Source: a virus. From it: 64,000 nucleotides of DNA. The notes under the pieces are model-generated. The model made no database searches. It was not told where the DNA came from and worked only from the letters and a program-made list of their open reading frames with translations. The position numbers and the translations under genes were made by a program. The stretch is taken from positions 1 to 64,000 of IMG/VR virus record IMGVR_UViG_3300009147_000001. One strand, written 5' to 3'. Of the stretch, positions 34,489 through 45,272 are shown piece by piece. Every line of letters starts with the position of its first letter. The first letter of the stretch is position 1.

Positions 34489-36141
34489 TTGTCGATAACG
34501 AGCATTGCTGGTCTGCCCATTCGCAAAGTAACCGAAGTACCGCCACATTTTAATATGTTGGTGTATGGTGAGAGTGGTGCAGGAAAAACCCGATTAGCAG
34601 GCTCCTGTGACGCCATCCCAGAGATGCGCCGAGTCCTGTTCATAGACATTGAGGGTGGCACACTAACACTTCGGAATACCTTTCCCAATGTCGAGGTTGT
34701 CCGAGTCCGCAATTGGCAAGAAATGCAATCCGTATACAATGAACTCCATGCTGGACAACATGACTATACTACAGTAGTCGTAGACAGTTTAACAGAATGC
34801 CAGAAATTATGCTATTCTTCCGATACTGAGGTACTAACTCCAAGTGGTTGGAAGTTAATACCAGATCTAGCAGAAAATGTCGATCTTATTGCCCAATACG
34901 AAATGGGCACCGAGTTAATATCCTTTGCTCAACCGTCGCTGATAATGAATTATCACCATCATGGTAGTATGGTAAACATCGCATCCAAGTCGTCTGCACT
35001 ACTTGTTACTCCTAATCATAGAGTACTTACTAAGACTCCCGCTGGGTCGATTGAAGTTCGAAAGGCTGAAGACCTTCGATCAAAACTGTTACTGCCAACC
35101 GCTGGTACACTACTTTCTATTGGTGGTCCTACCCCCGAACAGGGTAGACTATTAGTTGCTTGGGCTGCTGATGGACACCGTAATTTTAATGGTATGAAGT
35201 TCCACTTGAAGAAACAAGAAAAAATCGACCGTGTTAAGAAACTTATCATCGACTGTGGATTAACATACGAGGAGCCTGACTGGAAAGACGATGGAACTTA
35301 CATAATTGTGAGAAATGCTCAGTCAGTGACAAAATTCATGCCTGACCGCATGTGGCACATTGAATCCATGATGTGGTCATTGCAGACACGTGACGCTATC
35401 ATGTCGGAAATGCCTCTCTGGGACAGTACACCACAACCATCAGGATCTGGCTCATTCAGTTATAGAACTAAATATAAATCAAATGCAGACGCAATTTCTG
35501 CTCTCGCTGCTCTTACTGGATGGAGTGTCAATATTGCAATTGACACTACAAGAACTACTATTTACCGACTTAACTTAATTCGCACTTCATGGAGAACACA
35601 ATCAGTTATTGAAAACGTAGATTACAATGACAGCGTATGGTGTGTCTCTGTACCTTCAGGATTCATTGTCACTCGCCGTCAAGGTAAAATTACAATCTGT
35701 GGTAACTCTATGGACCGTATAATGCGTAAACTCGTAGAAGAATACGAGGAACGTGATGCAGACGTTCCAGGCATTCGGGAATGGAACATCAATATAGAGC
35801 AAACACGCAAATTCGTTCGAGCCTTTCGTGACTTGCCCGTAAATACGATCTTTACTGCTTTAGTTAAAATGGACAAAAATAATCGGACTGGAGCCATAAA
35901 GCGTAAACCATCGTTAAGCGGCAAAGTAGCCGACGAAGTTGCCGGTTTCCTTGACATTGTTACATATCTATATACCAAGGAGGTTGAAGGAGAATACAGA
36001 CGTATACTGTTATCCGGAGCCACTGAAGACACGGTAGCCAAAGATCGCACCGGATTGCTACCAATGTTGATTGAGTCACCTACCATGGTTGAGATCTGGA
36101 ATGCAGTCAAGGAGATAAAGACGGATGGCCAGTCCGCTTAA
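34489..36141 (+). CDS. AAA_24/Sak4-like ATPase (recombinase) with intein
   Basis: LVYGESGAGKT, IDIEGG, TVVVDSLTE, AKDRTG; RBS GAGGG before TTG 34489. Confidence 0.9.
   Translation: MSITSIAGLPIRKVTEVPPHFNMLVYGESGAGKTRLAGSCDAIPEMRRVLFIDIEGGTLTLRNTFPNVEVVRVRNWQEMQSVYNELHAGQHDYTTVVVDSLTECQKLCYSSDTEVLTPSGWKLIPDLAENVDLIAQYEMGTELISFAQPSLIMNYHHHGSMVNIASKSSALLVTPNHRVLTKTPAGSIEVRKAEDLRSKLLLPTAGTLLSIGGPTPEQGRLLVAWAADGHRNFNGMKFHLKKQEKIDRVKKLIIDCGLTYEEPDWKDDGTYIIVRNAQSVTKFMPDRMWHIESMMWSLQTRDAIMSEMPLWDSTPQPSGSGSFSYRTKYKSNADAISALAALTGWSVNIAIDTTRTTIYRLNLIRTSWRTQSVIENVDYNDSVWCVSVPSGFIVTRRQGKITICGNSMDRIMRKLVEEYEERDADVPGIREWNINIEQTRKFVRAFRDLPVNTIFTALVKMDKNNRTGAIKRKPSLSGKVADEVAGFLDIVTYLYTKEVEGEYRRILLSGATEDTVAKDRTGLLPMLIESPTMVEIWNAVKEIKTDGQSA
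34810..35706 (+). mobile_element. Intein (299 aa) with LAGLIDADG-like endonuclease
   Basis: CYSSDTEVLTPSGW...VTPNHRV...LVAWAADG...VWCVSVPSG...ITICGN/S. Confidence 0.93.
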
Positions 36142-36583
36142 AGTAAATTTTACCGAAGACGAAGCTACCTCAAAGCCCCGCGAAGTTTTGCCTACTGGCG
36201 AGTATCTGTGCAACGTTGTGGAAGCCAGCGACGAGGTAGTACGCCCAGGCAAGAAGAACACGGGTAAGCCTTATTGGAAGGTCCGGTTTGTTGTTCAAAC
36301 CGGAGCTTATGAGGGTCAGAACATCTACGCAACCGTAATGCTATTCGACGGTGCCCTGTACTCACTAGCCCAACTCATGTCGGCCTTGGGCCAGGACATC
36401 AATAGCGGCGAGTTTATTGTACCGGAAACTGACTGGCTGATTGGCAAGCCAGTTATCGTACGTGGACAACGCAAGCCCGCAGAAACTAAGGATAATCAAG
36501 ATCTTCCTGAGCGGTTTGAAGTCAAGGGATATAAGGCAGTAGACGCATCTAAGAAAGCCGTAAGTTCTTCACTCCTTCCATAA
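36125..36583 (+). CDS. ssDNA-binding protein (DUF669-like)
   Basis: LPTGEY...GKPYWKVRF...G.YEGQNIY; follows the Sak4-like gene. Confidence 0.75.
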   Translation: MASPLKVNFTEDEATSKPREVLPTGEYLCNVVEASDEVVRPGKKNTGKPYWKVRFVVQTGAYEGQNIYATVMLFDGALYSLAQLMSALGQDINSGEFIVPETDWLIGKPVIVRGQRKPAETKDNQDLPERFEVKGYKAVDASKKAVSSSLLP

Positions 36584-36597
36584 ACTAGCGTATAGTT

Positions 36598-36650
36598 GAA
36601 GCCGACCGAACCAATAATTATCATCGGATAATTGGTTCTGGGTCGGCTTC
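36598..36650 (+). other. Long intergenic hairpin upstream of the primase
   Basis: GAAGCCGACC/GGTCGGCTTC outer stem with GAACCA and AATTATC/GATAATT inner stems. Confidence 0.7.
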
Positions 36651-36672
36651 TTCCATCCTTGGAGGAGGCCAA

Positions 36673-38880
36673 TTGACAACAACCTTCCGGGATGCAGTAG
36701 AACATACTGAGGAACGGCGGAGCGATTTCTTTAAACTGATTTTCGGTAATGCTCAGGGTTTTGTCTGCATCGCCTTCAAGCCTCACACCGAACGGACAAT
36801 GGAAGAAGAGTACTTTCACTACCCTAGTGAACTGGCTCAAATGTGTAAGAGGATAGATCAAAAAGCTGGTACACTGACACATTTGTACTTCTGTCCAAAT
36901 CTACTCCACACCAGAAAACGGAATAAATCAAACGTCAGTCTGTGTACTGTCATCTGGTCAGACCTTGATACCTGTAATCCACAACTGATGCAAGTCCCAC
37001 CGTCAATTGTCGTTCAAACCTCTAACAAGCGCTGGCAAGCACTGTGGCGATTGGAAAGCCCTATTGCCCCCATAGAGGCAGAGGCAATCAGCCGGCGAAT
37101 CGCCTATTACCATGCTGATCAGGGTGCAGATAAGAGTGGTTGGGATCTCGGCCAACTCCTCAGAGTTCCGTATACACCTAACTATAAATACGGAGACATT
37201 AACACTGCACCATTAGTGGTCGTTGATGGTGTAACATCTGGTTTGTATCGGCCAAGTGACTTCAACATATACCCAGAAGTAGAAGCATTAAGGTTCGCCG
37301 CTGACCCCATCCCCGTAGACCTACCCAAAGAAGATCCAGTAGATATTCTGCAACGCTATCGGCAAACACTAAATCCACAAGCCTTTGATCTTTATACCTC
37401 CACTCCTACGCAAAACCAGGACTGGAGTGCTAGAATGTGGAAGCTACAAAAACTCTGCGTTGAAGCTGGAATGTCACCGGACGAAATCTTTGTTATCTGT
37501 AAAGCTGCTAAATGCAATAAGTACATTCGAGATGGTCGACCGAACGAGCAACTCTGGACAGAAGTTCTGCGGGCCTGTATTAAAAACGTTGAAGTACACA
37601 ATCTAGCACCAACAGCGACCTCCAGCATTCCAGAATTCCTAACCAGAGATGAAATGAGTCTAGTACAGGAGCAAGAGACCTTTGTTGAACGATATATAAG
37701 GTGGGCGTCGGAACTCACCGATGCCCCGAAACAGTACCACCAAGCTGGTGCCTTTATTATCCTCAGTTCCCTACTATGTGGCAATTGTCATCTGCCAACG
37801 TCGTTCGGCACTATCAATCCCAACCTGTGGTTTATGCTATTAGCCGATACTACTATTACTCGCAAGACCACAGCAATGAACATTGCCATGAAACTACTCT
37901 ACTCCGTCGATGAGGAAGCCATGATAGCCACCGACGGCTCTGTCGAAGGCATTCTGGCCGGACTTATTGATCGAACGAGAAGGCCATCAGTATTACTACG
38001 AGATGAGTTTTCCGGACTGCTTGAAGCAATGGCTCGCAAAGACTACCTAGCCGGCATGATGGAATCTTTGACTAAACTCTATGATGGTGAAGACGTCAAG
38101 CGGCTACTCCGCAAAGAAACTATTCACATTAAGAGTCCTCGGTTTATTCTATTTGCCGGTGGACCGAAAACCAAAACCCAAAGCATTCTCACCGAAGAAC
38201 ACATTTCTAGCGGGTTCATTCCGAGATTTATCGTCATTACTGCCGATGCAGATCCGAGTCTTATTAAAGACGTTGGGCCACCTCGACCAGTAGACTATGA
38301 GTCTCGCGAACTCATTATGAATGAGCTCCATGACTTGTGTGGGCACTACACCCGACCCCGACCGGCTATCATGGCCAACGGTGAGGCATTAGGTACGATT
38401 CGTCCTGAATTTGAAGCTAACTTGACACCAGAAGCCTGGCGCAGGTATAATCATTTCGAGCGTTCACTAACTAAAACTGCACTTGATAGTGAACTATTTC
38501 ACCTGACTCCGGTTTATGACCGACTGGCCAAGTCCACTCTTAAAGCTGCTATTCTTATTGCTGCTTCGCGTCAACGCGGTGAAGGAATTACAGTCGAACT
38601 ATCTGACCTCCTGCATGCCATGTACTACTGTCGATTCTGGTATATCTACGTTAGTGAAATAGTAAATGGTATTGGCAAGACCACAGATGAAAAACTTATT
38701 GATCAGATAATGAATGTTATTCACCGATCAAAGGAGGCAGGCGTTTCCCGAGCTGAATTAATGCGACTGTTCCGACTAGATGCCAGGCGGGCTGATTTGA
38801 TATTTACTACCATGATACAACGACGATTGGTATATCCAATTATGTATCAGGGTCGCGCACGTTATGTTGAGGTGACGTAA
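36673..38880 (+). CDS. RepB-type primase fused to DUF3987-like helicase/ATPase domain
   Basis: LYFCPN, WSDLD, VQTSNKRWQALW, LLRVPYTPNYK; C-terminal RKTTAM, LRDEFSG. Confidence 0.8.
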   Translation: MTTTFRDAVEHTEERRSDFFKLIFGNAQGFVCIAFKPHTERTMEEEYFHYPSELAQMCKRIDQKAGTLTHLYFCPNLLHTRKRNKSNVSLCTVIWSDLDTCNPQLMQVPPSIVVQTSNKRWQALWRLESPIAPIEAEAISRRIAYYHADQGADKSGWDLGQLLRVPYTPNYKYGDINTAPLVVVDGVTSGLYRPSDFNIYPEVEALRFAADPIPVDLPKEDPVDILQRYRQTLNPQAFDLYTSTPTQNQDWSARMWKLQKLCVEAGMSPDEIFVICKAAKCNKYIRDGRPNEQLWTEVLRACIKNVEVHNLAPTATSSIPEFLTRDEMSLVQEQETFVERYIRWASELTDAPKQYHQAGAFIILSSLLCGNCHLPTSFGTINPNLWFMLLADTTITRKTTAMNIAMKLLYSVDEEAMIATDGSVEGILAGLIDRTRRPSVLLRDEFSGLLEAMARKDYLAGMMESLTKLYDGEDVKRLLRKETIHIKSPRFILFAGGPKTKTQSILTEEHISSGFIPRFIVITADADPSLIKDVGPPRPVDYESRELIMNELHDLCGHYTRPRPAIMANGEALGTIRPEFEANLTPEAWRRYNHFERSLTKTALDSELFHLTPVYDRLAKSTLKAAILIAASRQRGEGITVELSDLLHAMYYCRFWYIYVSEIVNGIGKTTDEKLIDQIMNVIHRSKEAGVSRAELMRLFRLDARRADLIFTTMIQRRLVYPIMYQGRARYVEVT

Positions 38881-39379
38881 TGCCCTATCTCGGGGTTAGA
38901 ATAATGCGAGACACTAGACTTATCGAAGCCAAACTACATGGATTAGATATTCCAGAAAATATAAATGTAGATGAATTTAAACAACATGTAGACAAAACAG
39001 TATCACGGGGCAATGTCATTGGATTAACCAATGCCGAACTCTGCCAGACTATTGCCGATAGCTTAGTCGTACTATATAGTGATAAAAAAGAGATTCGATG
39101 GGCTGAATGCCACATCATCAATGCTGACGGAATAATGTATGGTTTTGCGGCTATAGATGAGGATAACGATGAGTAATCATAGTTATGCCAATGCATTGGG
39201 AAATTCGTTCCTGATGGAAAGCCGTTGGCTACAGCGAATGCTATACCGAGGTCGACACGTAAGGAACCAAATATCAGAAGAGATCGTCGCAGATATTAAG
39301 CAATCACTTCGTCATTTATGTCACAAGATTATAGGGTAAATCTAAGAATTGCTACACCCAGAACCACGCCATGTAAAGG

Positions 39380-41689
39380 GTGGACGCAGTGACAGAGCAG
39401 ACGGCTAAGGCGCCAGGGGCACGATGCTGGGAATGTCCATTCAAGGACGAACCATTTGTTCCATCGCAGAACCTATTCCCCATCTCTCGAATAGCTGTCA
39501 TTGGCGAGGCACCTGGTGCACACGAAGCAACTCGGGGCATTCCATTCACTGGACCATCTGGGAAATTACTTGATCAAGTGCTTAGTCATCACGGTATACA
39601 GCGCGACGAGGTTCTTGTTAGTAACATCTGCTTGTGTCGACCAGAAAATAATGATGATCCACCAAAATCAGCCATCGCTGCCTGCAAACCACGACTTGAT
39701 CGCGAGATCGCCCAATCTGGCGTTAAAAAGATCCTAGCTGTCGGTGGCACCGCTGCTAAAGCACTGCTAGATAGCAGCAAAACCATTACCAACTTAAGAG
39801 TTGGTGCACCGAAACCCTATGTAGAAGATCCAGATATTGAAATAATTGCCTCCTGGCACCCTGCCTACTGTTTGCGGTCTCCCGACTCATTCCCATCATT
39901 CGTTAAAGATGTCGCTAAACTCAACGGCTATGATCCGCCACCCTGGCAGGAGCCGGTATACAAGGAATATCGCCAACCACAAGTAATACTAGCTGTCATT
40001 AAGAAACTTGCTACACTGCCCGGACCATTTGTTATCGACATCGAATGTGGTGTGGATAAGGATGTTTCCTACGTCCACCCCGACCACTATGAGATGTTAT
40101 GCATAGGCATTTGTTGGGAACCGGGCCGGGCAGTGGTGCTTGGCCGAGGTATTAATGAACCAGCCGTAAAATTAGCTCTTGGTGATTTACTCCGTAAAAA
40201 GAAACTCATTGGCCACAATGGTAAGTTTGATTTAAACGGGTTGTATCCAATTGTCGGGCCGCTTGAGCTGTGGGCAGACACTATGCTCATGTCCTATGTG
40301 TTAGACGAGCGACCTGGCCAACATGGACTTAAGAAACTGTCCATCGAACTATTAGGAGCCCCGGATTATGAAGCGGAGATCCGAAAGTTTGTACCTCGCG
40401 GCGGCAATTACGCTGACATCCCAGTTGATGTCCTCCATAAGTACAATGCCTATGATGTTGTTTGCACCTGGGCGCTCTATGAACGATTCTTTGCCGAGAT
40501 GGGTGACCGGGAACACCGAGTCCACGACTTCCTCATTAAAGCCTCCAATGCGGTCATGCACCTAGAACGTGCCGGTATCACCATAGATCTTGATTATAAC
40601 GATGAACTAGCCTCACAATTCATTGCAGAACTTGATCTGCTCGAAACGGAAATCTGTGAAACGGTTGGACAAAAACTTAACCCCCGCTCCCCACAGCAGA
40701 TCACTCGCTACATGGCTGATCAAGGCTATATGTTTGAAACGACTGAGGCTGATTTTCTCGTAGAAGTACTGCCTAAACTAGATGGCAACGTTGCTACGTT
40801 TATCGAGTTACTTCTCAAGCATCGCCGATTGGCCAAACTTTATGGCACTTATGTTAAAGGATTTAGAAAGCGCGAATATCAAGGAAAGATCTACACGACC
40901 TATTCGTTACACGGAACGACCTCCGGACGCCTAGCATCGAAGAATCCCAATCTACAAAACGTGAAACGGGACAAACGAATCAAACGTCAATTCACTGTAG
41001 AGAAAGAAGATCATGTTCTCGTTCACTGCGATTATAAACAGGCTGAAGGCCGAGTTATTACTACTTTGGCTCAGGACGATTACCTCGCTAGCATCTTTCG
41101 TGACCCAACTCGCGACATCTTCGACGAATTATGCAACGACACGTATGGAAAAGGAAATTGGACTCAAGAAGACCGAGTAAAAATGAAGTCGGTCTTCTAT
41201 GGTAATGCCTACGGCAGAGGCATTAACGCTATAGCCGTTGAATTGAATATCAGCACCGAAGAAGCAAGGACTATCATTGGCAACTTTAAGAGTTTGGCCC
41301 ACGCGACCGTATCATGGCAGGCATCGGTCACCCATCAGGTCCTATCCGGTCAAGACCTCATCACCAAGTTCGGCCGCAAACGCTCCTTCTGGCTTATCAC
41401 CGAACAGAATAAATCCGACGTTGTCAATGAGGCCCTATCCTACCTACCTCAAAGTACCGCCTCAGATATCTGCGTCTCCGCTCTTATTGAACTGCAACCG
41501 CGACTACGGGACCTGGCCACCCCAAGACTCACCATCCACGACGCTCTTATTGCCGAATGCAAGGAACAAGATCAAGATGAAGTCGCTGGTCTCATGGTCG
41601 ATACTATGGTGGCGGCAGGCTTAAGATTCACTGACTACGTGCCGTTCGCTGTCGATACTAAATTTGGAAAAGCCTGGAGCGAACTATAA
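39380..41689 (+). CDS. Family A DNA polymerase with N-terminal uracil-DNA glycosylase-like domain
   Basis: C..CP, IGEAPG, PFTGPSG, CLCRP, HPAY (UDG family 4); DIE, HNGKFD, YNAYD (3'-5' exonuclease); TSGRLAS, DYKQAE, K...YG..YG, IHDAL. Confidence 0.95.
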   Translation: MDAVTEQTAKAPGARCWECPFKDEPFVPSQNLFPISRIAVIGEAPGAHEATRGIPFTGPSGKLLDQVLSHHGIQRDEVLVSNICLCRPENNDDPPKSAIAACKPRLDREIAQSGVKKILAVGGTAAKALLDSSKTITNLRVGAPKPYVEDPDIEIIASWHPAYCLRSPDSFPSFVKDVAKLNGYDPPPWQEPVYKEYRQPQVILAVIKKLATLPGPFVIDIECGVDKDVSYVHPDHYEMLCIGICWEPGRAVVLGRGINEPAVKLALGDLLRKKKLIGHNGKFDLNGLYPIVGPLELWADTMLMSYVLDERPGQHGLKKLSIELLGAPDYEAEIRKFVPRGGNYADIPVDVLHKYNAYDVVCTWALYERFFAEMGDREHRVHDFLIKASNAVMHLERAGITIDLDYNDELASQFIAELDLLETEICETVGQKLNPRSPQQITRYMADQGYMFETTEADFLVEVLPKLDGNVATFIELLLKHRRLAKLYGTYVKGFRKREYQGKIYTTYSLHGTTSGRLASKNPNLQNVKRDKRIKRQFTVEKEDHVLVHCDYKQAEGRVITTLAQDDYLASIFRDPTRDIFDELCNDTYGKGNWTQEDRVKMKSVFYGNAYGRGINAIAVELNISTEEARTIIGNFKSLAHATVSWQASVTHQVLSGQDLITKFGRKRSFWLITEQNKSDVVNEALSYLPQSTASDICVSALIELQPRLRDLATPRLTIHDALIAECKEQDQDEVAGLMVDTMVAAGLRFTDYVPFAVDTKFGKAWSEL

Positions 41690-42820
41690 GTGCATACTAA
41701 GGTTAACTATACCGTTGATGATAGACATGTCACGTGGGAAGGCGAATTGCCATTGGTCCAACCAGGTATGATGTTATATGCGCTTCCTCAGCGGGCGTCG
41801 GTAATAGTTGAGCGGGTAGGGATTATAGTTGGTGACAACAACCAACACGTACAAATGGTCGTAGGAAAATAATTGGGGCGAGATCGCAAATGACGAAATT
41901 CCGGAGCTACGCTCGGTATTTAAATCGGAATGATCCGGTTCCACAATACGCTCTCCATCCAGGCTGGATCGTCTCCAAGACTGACGGTCAACGACACTTC
42001 ATTAGTTCCACTAAGCTGGCACGACTGTACGAACTACGACACAATGAATATATAGTCTGGGACGAACAGGCTACAAAAGGTAGGAACTATGACGATTATA
42101 TTCACTTGTTTCCTAACTACCATGGACTATACGGACGACCAAAATGAAAATTAGTCCACCCTGGACCATGGAACAAGTGGAAAGCCTGATGGCTTATCAA
42201 GAGTATGGCGCCCTTAGAGGACTACACCCATATACCTGCGGAAACTACAGCGGACATCCTAAGCTTATTGCTACTATGGGCGGATGGGTCTGTCAACGCT
42301 GTGAATACCGCCAAGATTGGGCACACGATTGGACTGCCAACTTCAATTGGATTATGGATAAGAAATGACAGACTTAGAGTTTACCGATCGATATGATGCA
42401 CTAAGTCTATCACTACCAGATCCAAGGACAGTATGCCCTGGTCCGTGCGAAGGCACCGGCGTAGTACCAGTAAAAGCCGTCGATGAAACTGACTTATATT
42501 ATATCAATCAGTGGAATCAAGCAGAAGCACGCCATCCAAGCGACGACGGCTGGCACTTTGTTATCTGTAAAGATTGTCAGGGGACAGGATTAAGGAATGG
42601 CTAAGGTCACTGTCATTATGGAGGCTCGGGGCACTACCATCACCATCGAAGAAGAGGACACTCAACCAACGAGCACTGCCGGTGATGTGCGAAAACTACC
42701 AGTGCTGTTAGCCCAAGCGGCCGGTCGAGGCGCAGGACTGCTAGAAAATGAAATTAAACAGACCATTGCAGCGGGAGTGGCGCAACTTGCCACAATGGTC
42801 GACATATTGAAGAAGGAATA

Positions 42821-43483
42821 ATGCACATTATACTGTCTGGCGTGGTAGGTTCGCGTGCATATGGTCTAGATAACGAACAATCTGATACTGACCGTCTTGC
42901 CATCTTTGCTGTCAACACCAACGATCTGTTTGGACTAAAACCAATAAAAGAAACTATGGTGTCTACTGCCCCAGATATCACCTCACATGAGATCCGTAAG
43001 TATTGTCGACTAGCGATCAATGGCAACCCTAGTGTACTCGAATTAATGTACCTACCTCAATATGAAGTGAAAACAAGTTTTGGTCAAGAACTCATTGCCA
43101 TTCGCAGCAGCTTTTTGTCCCAGAAGGCTGTCAAAAACGCTTATCTTGGCTATGCCGCACAACAATTTCGAAGAATAGAAACTCGTGGCGATTATTCCTT
43201 TAGTTCAGACCTGCGCGGACGTACAGCTAAACATGCGCGACATCTGGCTCGGCTCGTCACCCAAGGGCTAGAACTGTATACTACTGGTACAATGACATTA
43301 TATCTGGAGAATCCACAATGGTATTTTGCTTTTGGCGAACGTGTCGCTAATGGAGACTTGGAGCATGCCCGGACCTTCCTCACCGACATGGACCATAAAT
43401 TCACCAACTCATCACTACCGCTGACTCCAGACCTTCCGACCATAGAACACTGGATGGAACGAGTGAGACGTGCGTACCTATAG
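42821..43483 (+). CDS. Pol-beta-superfamily nucleotidyltransferase (RlaP/YcgL-like)
   Basis: VVGSRAYGL...SDTD, GNPSVLE, KHARHLARL. Confidence 0.88.
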   Translation: MHIILSGVVGSRAYGLDNEQSDTDRLAIFAVNTNDLFGLKPIKETMVSTAPDITSHEIRKYCRLAINGNPSVLELMYLPQYEVKTSFGQELIAIRSSFLSQKAVKNAYLGYAAQQFRRIETRGDYSFSSDLRGRTAKHARHLARLVTQGLELYTTGTMTLYLENPQWYFAFGERVANGDLEHARTFLTDMDHKFTNSSLPLTPDLPTIEHWMERVRRAYL

Positions 43484-43491
43484 GAGTTAGC

Positions 43492-43743
43492 ATGTTTACC
43501 AGAAAATTTTGGATACGCACTATAGAACGCATGATTCGCGCCTTCTTCGTTGTCCTATCTCCTACCTTGGGTTTACCTCAATTAGGAGAAGCGATAGGAT
43601 TGGATGTCCGCCATGTTGGCTGGCTAGATGCGTTATCCATGGCTGCCGGGGGGATGGTCGCGTCACTGGTATTATCGATCATCGGCTCTGGCATTGGTAA
43701 CCCTGATTCGCCATCAATATTACCAAAAAGTACAGACACATGA
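43492..43743 (+). CDS. Holin (r1t-like)
   Basis: MFTRKFWIRTIERMIRAF, two hydrophobic segments, SPS near the C-terminus. Confidence 0.8.
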   Translation: MFTRKFWIRTIERMIRAFFVVLSPTLGLPQLGEAIGLDVRHVGWLDALSMAAGGMVASLVLSIIGSGIGNPDSPSILPKSTDT

Positions 43744-44262
43744 CCGAATCAGAAACCGTACTCACTCGGCTCATCGTAAAAATAGATGAGCGAATTGCCA
43801 AGTTAGAAGCCCTAAGGGAAAGGATACAGCGAAAAATCAATGAGGAATCAAGAGATAAACCGGGCGATAGACGAGTTGAGTGATGGCGAATGGGATATTC
43901 TTGGTCGTGCCAATGATAAACTCTGGGATGATCAGCCAGATGCGTACCGTAATTACTGGCGTACGAACTACGGTCGACTAGTAGCAATTGGCTACGTTAT
44001 CGGTCGACGCCTATCCCTGGAGGAATTAATAATTGAATATTCAGCAAGATTGGATAAACTAGCAGAAAAGGAGGGTACAATTGAACAGTTCTCACCAACT
44101 GATAGTACTATGTCCTAACTGCATATGTTGCGTCTACATCGAGGACGAAGTACACCACTGCTATCATTGTCACACTGAGCAACCACTAGAAGACTTATGC
44201 CAGTGTGTGGACAAGACCTGTGTTAAAAAACGAGATCTCGCCATGTCAGCCGGAGAGCAATA

Positions 44263-44718
44263 GTGATAATAGCTTTTGACCCAGGTGCCATAACCGGTAT
44301 CGCTAGTCATGGTGGCGCACACTATCTATGGCTACTGAATCAGTTCGATTCTAGTAGGTACGTCAAGCCAAAGTCCACCTTCTATACAATGTTGTGCAAT
44401 CTAGATAAACCAGATGTTATTATAGTCGAAAAGTTTTTGCATCGAAATCAAACCAATGCCAACTATGAAGGGCTTACCTACCAAGGAATCATTGAATTGT
44501 GGGCAGAAGATAATGGAATACCGATTGAATGGCAGAAGCTTTCCGACTGTAATAAATTCTGGGATGACAAGAAGATAAAGGCACTCCTTCTGTGGAAGCC
44601 TAGTAATGAGCATGCCATGGACGCACTTCGACATCTACTTCATTACCGTATGAAATACGATAAAGACTTTGAGCATTCTACATTACAAGAGCTTAAGGAA
44701 GCTGGTATCGGACAGTGA
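44263..44718 (+). CDS. RuvC-like Holliday junction resolvase
   Basis: IIAFDPGAITG, IIVEKF, HAMDALRH. Confidence 0.85.
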   Translation: MIIAFDPGAITGIASHGGAHYLWLLNQFDSSRYVKPKSTFYTMLCNLDKPDVIIVEKFLHRNQTNANYEGLTYQGIIELWAEDNGIPIEWQKLSDCNKFWDDKKIKALLLWKPSNEHAMDALRHLLHYRMKYDKDFEHSTLQELKEAGIGQ

Positions 44719-45272
44719 AGATTTTCTATGATACTGAATTTCTCGAACGTGGTTCACAGTATCCTATTGATTTGATCTCTATTGGCATGATAAACGAACG
44801 TGGTGAAGAACTATACCTAATTAACAAGGATGCACCATTAGATGACATAATGGCGCATCCTTGGCTATTCAAAAACGTTGTGCCATACTTACCTATATTT
44901 CATGTAGAACACGAAAGTGGAGAACTTGGTCTATACTATTGGGATGGAGACATGCCCGACGGACACCTGCTGGTATCTCGGACTGAACTACGAGATTACG
45001 TATATAAGTATATATTAGACCAAAAAGAAGAAATAGAATTATGGGCCTGGTATGGTGCTTATGACCATGTGGTATTAGCCCAACTGTGGAACACCATGGC
45101 CGAACTACCAGCAGAAGTACCCATGTGGACTAACGACATTCGACAAGAAATGCAATACGTTCCCGTCGAACTTAGACAAGGTAGCCCAAAGAAAGAAAAC
45201 GAACATCGTGCCATTGATGATGCTCGCTGGAACAAAAAACTATACGATTATATTAATCAACGACAACTTTAA
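44715..45272 (+). CDS. DEDDh 3'-5' exoribonuclease (Rv2179c/RNase AS-like)
   Basis: IFYDTEF, LISIG, AWYGAYDHV, HRAIDDARW. Confidence 0.9.
   Translation: MKIFYDTEFLERGSQYPIDLISIGMINERGEELYLINKDAPLDDIMAHPWLFKNVVPYLPIFHVEHESGELGLYYWDGDMPDGHLLVSRTELRDYVYKYILDQKEEIELWAWYGAYDHVVLAQLWNTMAELPAEVPMWTNDIRQEMQYVPVELRQGSPKKENEHRAIDDARWNKKLYDYINQRQL

Noticed and set aside
45-45250. Minus-strand ORFs in the left arm and plus-strand ORFs in the tail module
   Set aside because: They shadow better-supported genes or tRNAs on the other strand and show no recognisable motifs.
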